A DNA stretch of 64,000 nucleotides, taken from contig CAKOOH010000003.1 of NCBI GenBank assembly GCA_934098485.1, positions 1,706 through 65,705 of the forward strand, in the 5' to 3' direction. Both the position numbers and the translations under genes were made by a program. The DNA comes from an uncultured Bacilli bacterium (GTDB lineage Bacteria > Bacillota_I > Bacilli_A > RF39 > UBA660). Positions 19,241 through 26,495 of this stretch are shown one piece after another; the stretch's first letter is position 1, and each line of letters starts with the position of its first letter. The notes under the pieces were generated by a model, which worked only from the letters and a program-made list of their open reading frames with translations, did no database searches and was not told the DNA's origin.

Positions 19241-20606
19241 TATTAAGACTTTTGCCTATCTAATTATCTTTTCTGCTTGCATCTTATTACTGCTATGGTT
19301 TTTTCAAATTGGCTTTTTAAAAGTTTTCTATGAACGTTATCAAATAAAAAAAATTGAGCAAATCGCCACTAACATCATTAATAATAAATCAGACATTTTA
19401 AATAATTTAGAAACCACTGCTTATAATAATGAAATATGTATTGACTTATATGTCGGTACCCAAAATGTTAACTATAATACTCTAAATAAAGATTGCTTAC
19501 TAACAAGTAATAATGTTAATATTAAAAAAATCAAAAATAAAATTATTACTAGTTCCAAAGAAACCGTTATTTATCGCGTAGAAAATCCTTCCAATAACTC
19601 TAAAAGTCTTATTTACGGCATTAATTTACCAAATGATGTCCACATTTTATTAAATACTAAATTAGAAGACGTTGGCTCTACCACTAATGTTTTAACTAAT
19701 CAGTTAATCTATATTACGTTAATAACTATTATTCTTTCCATTATTGTATCCTTCTTTGTTGGTAAAATGCTTAATAAACCAATTTTAAACATAACTAAAA
19801 AAGCAAAATCAATGGCTGAAGGTAATTATGAAAAAGACGATATAAAATATAATATTGCTGAATTAGATGAACTAAACGATGTTTTAAATTACGCCTGTAC
19901 TGAAATAAAAAATACGGATGAACTAAGACGAGACTTAATGGCTAATGTATCACATGATTTAAAAACGCCTCTTACTATGATTAAAGCATACGCAGAAATG
20001 GCAAGAGATATAAATAATAATAACGAAGAAAAAAGAACCGAAAATCTAAATGTTATTATTGACGAAGCGGACCGATTAAATATTTTAGTAAATGATATTC
20101 TAGATTTATCCAAACTACAAAACAATAGTAGCAATTTAAATTTAGAAGACTATGACTTAATTGAAGAAGTAAACTCTGTCTTAAATAGATATGAAATAAT
20201 TAAAGAAACGGAAAACTATAATATAATCTTAAATGCCCCCAAAATCGCCGTTGTTCACGCTGATAAAACCAAAATAAATAATGTTCTTTATAATTTAATA
20301 AACAATGCCATAAACTATACGGGTAAAGATTTAACTGTAAAAATAAATATAACTGAAAAAAAGAACACATACTTAGTAGAAATAATTGATACTGGTAAAG
20401 GAATTGACAAGGAAAATTTAAAATTAATTTGGTCAAAATACTATAAAAATGAAAAAAATCATCAAAGAAATGTTGTTGGTACTGGTCTCGGACTTTCTAT
20501 TGTTAAAGAAGTTTTAACCAAACATAAATTTAACTATGGTGTAAAATCTAAAAAGGGTAAAGGAAGTAATTTTTACTTTGAAATAGATAAAGCCAAAATT
20601 TCATAA
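19215..20606 (+). CDS. Sensor histidine kinase (two TM segments, ~130-aa extracytoplasmic loop)
   Basis: H-box SHDLKTPLT, N-box NLINNAINYT, G1 DTGKGI, G2 GTGLGLSIV. Overlaps the response regulator gene. Confidence 0.9.
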   Translation: MNIKKNSLSIKTFAYLIIFSACILLLLWFFQIGFLKVFYERYQIKKIEQIATNIINNKSDILNNLETTAYNNEICIDLYVGTQNVNYNTLNKDCLLTSNNVNIKKIKNKIITSSKETVIYRVENPSNNSKSLIYGINLPNDVHILLNTKLEDVGSTTNVLTNQLIYITLITIILSIIVSFFVGKMLNKPILNITKKAKSMAEGNYEKDDIKYNIAELDELNDVLNYACTEIKNTDELRRDLMANVSHDLKTPLTMIKAYAEMARDINNNNEEKRTENLNVIIDEADRLNILVNDILDLSKLQNNSSNLNLEDYDLIEEVNSVLNRYEIIKETENYNIILNAPKIAVVHADKTKINNVLYNLINNAINYTGKDLTVKINITEKKNTYLVEIIDTGKGIDKENLKLIWSKYYKNEKNHQRNVVGTGLGLSIVKEVLTKHKFNYGVKSKKGKGSNFYFEIDKAKIS

Positions 20607-20635
20607 TATTTTCACATTTTCTTGATAACTTATAT

Positions 20636-20715
20636 AAAGAAGAAGAGATAATTTATTAAAAATAATAAATAATATAAACTCAAACTCACACTTTTAAAAA
20701 ATTTCTTCTTCTTTT
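20636..20715. repeat. 11-bp perfect inverted repeat, 56 nt apart, after the kinase gene (possible long terminator or regulatory stem)
   Basis: AAAGAAGAAGA (20636-20646) pairs with TCTTCTTCTTT (20704-20714), followed by TTTTATT. Confidence 0.5.
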
Positions 20716-20811
20716 ATTATGGAATAAAAATTTTTGAAAATTTAATGAAAAACATATTGATTTATAAATAGCAAAATGTTATTATTGAAATATAGTAAAG
20801 GAGGATATAAA

Positions 20812-21465
20812 ATGAAGGAAGGAAGAAACAATACTATACTATTAACAGTTATTGGTATTGCAACATTATTAGTAGCCGTAGCAGGAGCAACATTTGCATA
20901 CTTCACTGCCCAAACTAGATATAATGACCAAAGTTCAACCTTGATTATTAAATCAGGAGAATCAACATCATTATCATTAACAGGATCATATGTAAAATTA
21001 GAAAACATTTATCCAAAAGCAGAAGCATGGGATACAAAAGTTATTAGTTTTAAAAACGATACTAAAACAGATGTAACTATGTCAAATGAACTTAACTATA
21101 ATTTATACATGAAAGTTCAAAACGGTTTTAGTTCTGGCGCATTAAAGTATACATTTACTCAAGTAACTGGTGAAGAAAATAAAGTATGCTTAACTAAATA
21201 TGGTGACACTGCTTGTGCTGCTGATCAAATGGTTACAACAACTGATACTAATACAGCTAACTTAGTACCAAATGTTACTGAACAAACTCCAATAACAGTT
21301 ACTGGTACTGGTGAAGTACCATTTGGTAACGGTAAATTTGTTGACGGAACACAACAAAAAGCACATGTTTATTTATTAACAATTTACTTCCCAGAAACAG
21401 GTGCTAACCAAAATGCTGATCAAGATAAAACATTTACTGGCACAGTTTCAGTAAAACAAATTTAA
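20812..21465 (+). CDS. SipW-type-leader protein, paralogue 1
   Basis: AAAGGAGG RBS. N-terminus MKEGRNNTILLTVIGIATLLVAVAGATFAYFTAQ (SipW-cognate-type ...AYF motif). Thr/Asn-rich, beta-like body. C-terminal HVYLLTIYFPETGANQNADQDKTFTGTVSV. Confidence 0.75.
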   Translation: MKEGRNNTILLTVIGIATLLVAVAGATFAYFTAQTRYNDQSSTLIIKSGESTSLSLTGSYVKLENIYPKAEAWDTKVISFKNDTKTDVTMSNELNYNLYMKVQNGFSSGALKYTFTQVTGEENKVCLTKYGDTACAADQMVTTTDTNTANLVPNVTEQTPITVTGTGEVPFGNGKFVDGTQQKAHVYLLTIYFPETGANQNADQDKTFTGTVSVKQI

Positions 21466-21488
21466 TAAAATAGAAAAGGAGGACGAAA

Positions 21489-22178
21489 ATGAAAGATAAT
21501 AGAAATAATACATTACTATTAACAGTTATAGCCATTGCTACATTATTAGTAGCCGTAATTGGTGCAACATTCGCATACTTCTCAGCAAATGCTGATGGTT
21601 CTGATCCATCTGTAGTAGAAGTCGGATCTGCATTAATCGAACTTAACTTTGATAGTGATGATGGCGCTGACTTAACAAAAACAGGTCTTCAACCAAAAGG
21701 AACAGCAACTACAATGACAACTGAAAATGCTGTTCTAACAAAAACATTCAAATTAACACAAAGTAATAATACTGATAAAGATTTTACATATGACATTTAT
21801 TTAATTGTTGATGAATCAACATTTGTAAATGATCATCCTGCAACAATTACTGGTGTTACTGGAGATCCTAAATCATTATCTGCTAAATTAATTGGTAGTG
21901 AAGCAACTGGTTCAGCATCATCAACAACTGTATACGTTCCAAGTAGTACTGACACATCTGATGTAACATTAACTGCTAACGATGGTACTACTACTGTTGT
22001 TAAAGGTGTAAAATTAGGAACTGGTACATTTACTCATGGTCAAAATAGCGTAACTCATGAATATACTTTAGAAATTTATTTCTTAGATAGTTTAGAAAAA
22101 CAAGACAATGATAGAAATAAAGATTTCAAAGGTCATATAGCAATTTCTTCAGGAGCAGCTGCAAACAAGCTACAATAG
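21489..22178 (+). CDS. SipW-type-leader protein, paralogue 2
   Basis: AAGGAGG RBS. N-terminus MKDNRNNTLLLTVIAIATLLVAVIGATFAYFSAN. C-terminal HEYTLEIYFLDSLEKQDNDRNKDFKGHIAI. Confidence 0.75.
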   Translation: MKDNRNNTLLLTVIAIATLLVAVIGATFAYFSANADGSDPSVVEVGSALIELNFDSDDGADLTKTGLQPKGTATTMTTENAVLTKTFKLTQSNNTDKDFTYDIYLIVDESTFVNDHPATITGVTGDPKSLSAKLIGSEATGSASSTTVYVPSSTDTSDVTLTANDGTTTVVKGVKLGTGTFTHGQNSVTHEYTLEIYFLDSLEKQDNDRNKDFKGHIAISSGAAANKLQ

Positions 22179-22188
22179 TAGTCGAAAT

Positions 22189-22216
22189 AAGGTCAATAAT
22201 TATGACCTTTTTTTAT
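22189..22216 (+). terminator. Rho-independent terminator between the cargo genes and the signal peptidase gene
   Basis: AAGGTCA-ataatta-TGACCTT followed by a T-run. Confidence 0.8.
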
Positions 22217-22244
22217 TGCACTTTTTTTCCCTCTATTATATAAT
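22216..22244 (+). promoter_or_regulatory. SigA-type promoter for the signal peptidase gene
   Basis: TTGCAC (22216-22221), a 17-nt spacer, then TATAAT (22239-22244). RBS GAGGGTG precedes the ATG at 22269. Confidence 0.55.
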
Positions 22245-22268
22245 ACTTATAGAATACGAGGGTGTCAT

Positions 22269-23096
22269 ATGAGCGAGAGTGCAAAACAAAGATATAAAAA
22301 AATAGCTAAAGCATTTGATTATGTTGGTAAAATCATTTCATCCGCTTTATTGGTAATATTAGTTTTAGTTGGTATATTTTTAGTTTATTATTTAGTCTCT
22401 GCTAAAAAACTAAGTACTGACCCAAATTATGAACCAAGATTATCGCTATTTACTATTGTCAGTGGTTCTATGGAACCAAATATTAAAGTTTATGATGTTG
22501 TATTAGATTCTAGTGTAAGTGATCCCGCATCTATAAAAGTAGGAGACGTTATTACCTTCAAATCAACCGCTAGTATTAGTAGAGACTTAACTGTAACCCA
22601 CAGGGTAGTTGATATTAAATTAGTTAATGGTAAATATGAATACGTAACTAAAGGTGACTGGAACCCTGCCATTGACAGTGATACGGCTAAATTTGAAAAT
22701 GTCATTGGTAAAGTTATCTTAAGATTTCCTCAGCTTGGTAGAGTTCAATTCTTCTTATCAACAAGAATGGGCTGGTTTCTAGTAGTATTACTACCGGCCA
22801 TGGGAGTTATCGTTTATGATATCATTAAACTAATAAAACTACTTGCTACTAAAAAAACTGCCGAAAAAATCCCTGATGATAAAAATAGTAACGGTGAGTT
22901 AAGTGCCAAAGAAAAAATAGCACTTGAAACCAATAAAGAATTAAATGAAACCCTAGAAAAAATAAAAAAGAATAACTATATAAATCAAATAAATGATTTA
23001 AAAGAAGATATTAAAGATAATGAAAATATTGCATCATCCGAAAAAGAAAGTAGTATAAATAACAACAAAGATAATGAAAATAAATTAGAGTGGTAA
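22269..23096 (+). CDS. sipW: ER/archaeal-type signal peptidase I (SipW-like) with a long C-terminal tail
   Basis: SGSMEPNI (catalytic Ser), VTHRVV (His in place of the Lys of P-type SPases), TKGDWNPAIDSD. TM segments lie at the N-terminus and at about residues 165-187, followed by an ~85-aa K/E/N-rich tail. Confidence 0.8.
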   Translation: MSESAKQRYKKIAKAFDYVGKIISSALLVILVLVGIFLVYYLVSAKKLSTDPNYEPRLSLFTIVSGSMEPNIKVYDVVLDSSVSDPASIKVGDVITFKSTASISRDLTVTHRVVDIKLVNGKYEYVTKGDWNPAIDSDTAKFENVIGKVILRFPQLGRVQFFLSTRMGWFLVVLLPAMGVIVYDIIKLIKLLATKKTAEKIPDDKNSNGELSAKEKIALETNKELNETLEKIKKNNYINQINDLKEDIKDNENIASSEKESSINNNKDNENKLEW

Positions 23097-23124
23097 ACAT
23101 TATTTTTAGTCAGTTTATAAAAAA

Positions 23125-23156
23125 CTTGGTTATCAATTTGGTAATCAAGTTTTTTA
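23125..23156 (+). terminator. Rho-independent terminator after the sipW-like gene
   Basis: CTTGGTTA / TAATCAAG stem (one G.U pair) flanked by an A-run and a T-run. Confidence 0.7.
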
Positions 23157-23573
23157 TGTGCATAATAAAAGTTTTAATTAACATAGCCAATACTGTGGCT
23201 ATAATCATGTGATGGTTAATACGTTAATGATTATTATTTTTATTATTTAAATATAATATGTAATTGTATTGTCAAAAAAATACTTGATAATATAATAAAT
23301 TGGTAATATCACTGAAAAATTACTCTGTATCGTAATAATGGTGAAAAACTAAATATGTTTCAAAAAAACACTTAAATCACATTCATGCTTACGGATAAAT
23401 ATTAAGCGAAGATAAGAAAGAACAAATTGTTGCTTATTTAGAAAATATTGTTTATAATATAGCATACTGTTAGATGATATAATATTAATATTGGTATATT
23501 AAAAATAGTGAAATAGATTTTATATATAAAATATAATTAATTGGTTGTTAAAATATAAAAAAGGAGGTAATAG

Positions 23574-24410
23574 ATGAACAAAATTAAAAATTATAATAAA
23601 ACGGTATTTGAAGAGATTAAACATATTGATAATAATGGTAATGAATTTTGGTATGCTAGAGAATTGCAAATTGCTTTAGAGTATAAGAGATGGGATAAGT
23701 TTATAAATGTAATAGAGAATGCAAAGATTGCATGTGAAACCAGTAATAATATAGTATTAGACCATTTTTCCCAGGTGGGAAAAATGGTCAAGATTGGTTC
23801 AGGTGCCATTAGAAAACAAGTTGATTACAAACTTTCAAGATATGCTTGTTACTTAATAATGCAAAATTCTGATCCTAGAAAGGAAGTTGTTGCTCTAGGT
23901 CAAACATACTTTGCCATTCAAACCAGAAAACAAGAACTAATCGAAAAAGAATATTCTACGTTAACCGAAGATGAAAAAAGATTTTATCAAAGAAATTTAA
24001 CCAAAAAAGGCAATTCTTCTTTAAATCAAACTGCCAAAAATTGTGGTGTTAAAAATTTTGATAAATTTCATAATGCTGGATATAAAGGATTATATAATGG
24101 TGAAACGGCAAATGATATTGCTAAAAGAAAAAACTTAAGATATCGCGAAGATATTTTAGATAACATGGGAAGTGTTGAATTAGCCGCAAACCTTTTCCGT
24201 ATAACACAAACTGAATCAAAATTAAAAAGAGACAATATTTCCAGTGAAAATGAAGCAACAATGGTTCATTTCAATATTGGAAAAAATATTAGAGAAGTAA
24301 TCGCTAAAAACGGCGGAACAATGCCCGAAGATTTACCAACACCAAAAAAATCATTAAAAGAAATAGAAAAAGAAAAGAAAACACAAATAAAATTAGAAAC
24401 AACGAAATAA
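23574..24410 (+). CDS. dinD: DNA-damage-inducible protein D (DinD-family)
   Basis: The N-terminal segment FEEIKHIDNNGNEFWYARELQIALEYKRWDKFINVIENAKIACE tracks E. coli DinD as I remember it. So does LSRYACYLIMQNSDPRKEVVALGQTYFAIQTRKQE. Strong RBS AAGGAGG. Confidence 0.8.
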   Translation: MNKIKNYNKTVFEEIKHIDNNGNEFWYARELQIALEYKRWDKFINVIENAKIACETSNNIVLDHFSQVGKMVKIGSGAIRKQVDYKLSRYACYLIMQNSDPRKEVVALGQTYFAIQTRKQELIEKEYSTLTEDEKRFYQRNLTKKGNSSLNQTAKNCGVKNFDKFHNAGYKGLYNGETANDIAKRKNLRYREDILDNMGSVELAANLFRITQTESKLKRDNISSENEATMVHFNIGKNIREVIAKNGGTMPEDLPTPKKSLKEIEKEKKTQIKLETTK

Positions 24411-24478
24411 CATTATAGGTAATAAAAAGATTTAAAGTACTTTTTGATAAAATATAAATAGAATAAGGGAGTGATAGT

Positions 24479-24719
24479 ATGTTAACTGCAAAACAAGTTG
24501 CTGAATATTCTCTTTCAAAAGATTCAGAAAGAAAACTTTTCAATTATAATGTTTTATCATATAATGGTAGAAAATTCTATGAAGGTAATGCAAGAATAAA
24601 TATTTATTTATTTTTTAGCTCGAGTTGTACACTTAGCAAGGTTCAATTTAAGGCTGTTTTCTGATGATTTTGTAGCATAAGATAATGGCCACGTTATCAA
24701 ATCAATAATGAAGCATTAA
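24479..24719 (+). pseudogene. Decayed DUF4065/Panacea (SocA-like antitoxin domain) gene: frameshift, in-frame stop and truncation
   Basis: Frame A reads MLTAKQVAEYSLSKDSERKLF...GNARINIYLFF. After the T6 run at 24611-24616 the sensible reading continues in the +1 frame as LARVVHLARFNLRLFSDDFVA*DNGHVIKSIMKH*, with TAA at 24678-24680 where Tyr/Trp is expected. The pattern (...YLxxAQ...LFxDDFxAxxxGPV...) recalls Panacea-domain N-terminal halves. Confidence 0.5.
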
Positions 24720-24790
24720 AAATATAGATTGACAGTTTATAATAACCTTTTTGTATGTCAAAATTCGTTCTTTACATATATTTATCTAAG

Positions 24791-24799
24791 TGTTATAAT
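24791..24799 (+). promoter_or_regulatory. Extended -10 promoter of the rimP-nusA-infB operon
   Basis: TGTTATAAT. Confidence 0.55.
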
Positions 24800-24813
24800 A
24801 TTTATACAGATTT

Positions 24814-24841
24814 AAGTGGGCAGATATTCCCACTTTTATTT
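24814..24841 (+). terminator. Leader hairpin plus U-tract (attenuator-like) between the promoter and the rimP RBS
   Basis: AAGTGGG-cagatatt-CCCACTT followed by TTTTATTT. It lies ~15 nt downstream of the -10 element and ~10 nt upstream of AGGAGG (24850-24855). Confidence 0.6.
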
Positions 24842-24858
24842 ATGCTAATAGGAGGTTT

Positions 24859-25113
24859 ATGCAAAAGATATTAGAAGAAATAAAAGAATTAATTGAAAAG
24901 CCAATGGCAGAGTTAGACATTACTGTTGATAGCATCGATTATGTATTAGAAAATAATTATCATTTCCTAAAAATCGTACTTGATAGAGTAAATGGTTTAG
25001 ATTTAGATGCTATAGTCGAAGCAACTAACATTATTAATCCTATATTGGATGAACATGATTTAATTGATGAAGAATATATCTTAGATATATCAAGCAAAGA
25101 AAGAGGAAATTAG
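24859..25113 (+). CDS. rimP: Ribosome maturation factor RimP, N-terminal domain only (84 aa)
   Basis: Aligns to the RimP N-domain and ends at YILDISSKERGN*, the position of the E(V)SSPG(L/I)(D/E)RPL motif. The nusA ATG follows 1 nt after the stop, leaving no room for the C-terminal beta-barrel domain. Confidence 0.7.
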   Translation: MQKILEEIKELIEKPMAELDITVDSIDYVLENNYHFLKIVLDRVNGLDLDAIVEATNIINPILDEHDLIDEEYILDISSKERGN

Positions 25114-25114
25114 T

Positions 25115-26233
25115 ATGAATGGTAAAGAATTTATTAAAGCAGTAAAAAACATAACTGCTGAAAAAGGAATAAGCGAAGATATCGTATTTGATGCGATGGA
25201 GCAAGCCCTTATAACTGCATATAAAAAGAACTTTAATTCCAAAACAAATGTTAAAGTTACAATTAATAGAGAAACTGGCGATATTAAAGTATTTTCATAT
25301 TTAGTTGTTGTTGATGATTATATTGATGGTGAAGAAGTGGTTGATGAAGAAGGAAATATAACATACACTGAACCAGAAATTCCTGAAGATGCTCAAATAT
25401 TACTTGAAGATGCAGTTGTAAAAGTTCCTGGCATTAAAGTAGGTGAAACTATTGAAGAAGAAGTTACTCCTCATGATTTTGGTAGAGTTGCCGCTTCAAC
25501 TGCTAAACAAGTTTTAACGCAAAAAATAAGAGAAGCTGAAAGAAATAGTATCATTGCTGAATTTGAAAATAAGCAAGATGAAATTATGGTTGGCTTACTT
25601 GCCATGGAAGATAATAAAAATTATTATATTGATTTAGGCCGCACCAGAGGAATATTACCTAAATCCGAAATGATTCCTGGCGAAACAGTTAAAATGGGAT
25701 CAAGTATTAAAGTATACTTACAAAAAATTGAAGCAACCACTAAAGGACCACTAATCCTTTGTTCAAGAAAAAATACCGGTTTTGTAAAAAGACTATTTGA
25801 AAGTGAAATTCCTGAACTTCAAAATGGCACTATCGTTTTATATGGTGTCGCTCGTGAGCCAGGAGTTAGAAGCAAAGTTGCTGTATATTCAACTGATGAT
25901 AGAATTGATCCTATCGGAACTTGTATCGGCGAAAAAGGTTCTCGTATTGGTGCAATTTTAAGTGAACTTAATGGCGAAAAAGTAGACTTAATAAAATATG
26001 ATGAAGATGAAAGTACCTTTATTGCTAACGCATTAAGTCCTGCTCAAAATGTTATCGTAAATATTATAGATAATACTAAAAATAGGGAAGCCCTTGCTAT
26101 TGTTAATGATGATAATCTATCACTTGCCATCGGTAAAAAAGGAATTAACATTAAACTTGCTAGTAAACTTACTAAATTTAGAATAAATGTTAAAACTTTA
26201 GAAGAGGTTAATAAAGAAGGAAATGAAAACTAA
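25115..26233 (+). CDS. nusA: Transcription termination/antitermination factor NusA
   Basis: NTD, S1 and two KH domains (GRVAASTAKQV, IGTCIGEKGSRI, LAIGKKGINIKLA). Confidence 0.95.
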   Translation: MNGKEFIKAVKNITAEKGISEDIVFDAMEQALITAYKKNFNSKTNVKVTINRETGDIKVFSYLVVVDDYIDGEEVVDEEGNITYTEPEIPEDAQILLEDAVVKVPGIKVGETIEEEVTPHDFGRVAASTAKQVLTQKIREAERNSIIAEFENKQDEIMVGLLAMEDNKNYYIDLGRTRGILPKSEMIPGETVKMGSSIKVYLQKIEATTKGPLILCSRKNTGFVKRLFESEIPELQNGTIVLYGVAREPGVRSKVAVYSTDDRIDPIGTCIGEKGSRIGAILSELNGEKVDLIKYDEDESTFIANALSPAQNVIVNIIDNTKNREALAIVNDDNLSLAIGKKGINIKLASKLTKFRINVKTLEEVNKEGNEN

Positions 26234-26477
26234 AAAAATTCCTATGCGCTCATGTGTGCTAACCCATGAAAAATTACCTAAAAAAGAATTAATTAGAATC
26301 GTTTATTATGAAGGCACTGTTAGTGTTGATCCTACAGGCAAACAAAATGGTAAAGGGTGTTATTTAAAAAAAGAAGAAAGTGTAATTAACGAAGCACGCA
26401 AGAAAAAGATTTTAAATCATATATTTGAAACAGAGATAGATGATAGTATTTACGATGAATTATTAAAAAATATATAA
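26223..26477 (+). CDS. ylxR: YlxR (DUF448) RNA-binding protein
   Basis: MRSCVLTHEKLPKKELIRIV...DPTGKQNGKGCYL; canonical position after nusA. Confidence 0.85.
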   Translation: MKTKKIPMRSCVLTHEKLPKKELIRIVYYEGTVSVDPTGKQNGKGCYLKKEESVINEARKKKILNHIFETEIDDSIYDELLKNI

Positions 26478-26495
26478 AAAGAAAGAAGGTATCTT

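Noticed and set aside
23157-23573. The long non-coding A+T-rich stretch as a CRISPR array, tandem repeat or small-RNA gene
   Set aside because: I saw no regularly spaced direct repeats, only one short hairpin (23186-23206). The short frames have stops every few codons.
24479-24664. 61-aa ORF taken at face value as an intact small gene
   Set aside because: Its C-terminal third (…FFSSSCTLSKVQFKAVF) looks like out-of-frame read-through. The +1 frame continues a sensible domain-like sequence, so I treat it as the 5' part of a pseudogene.
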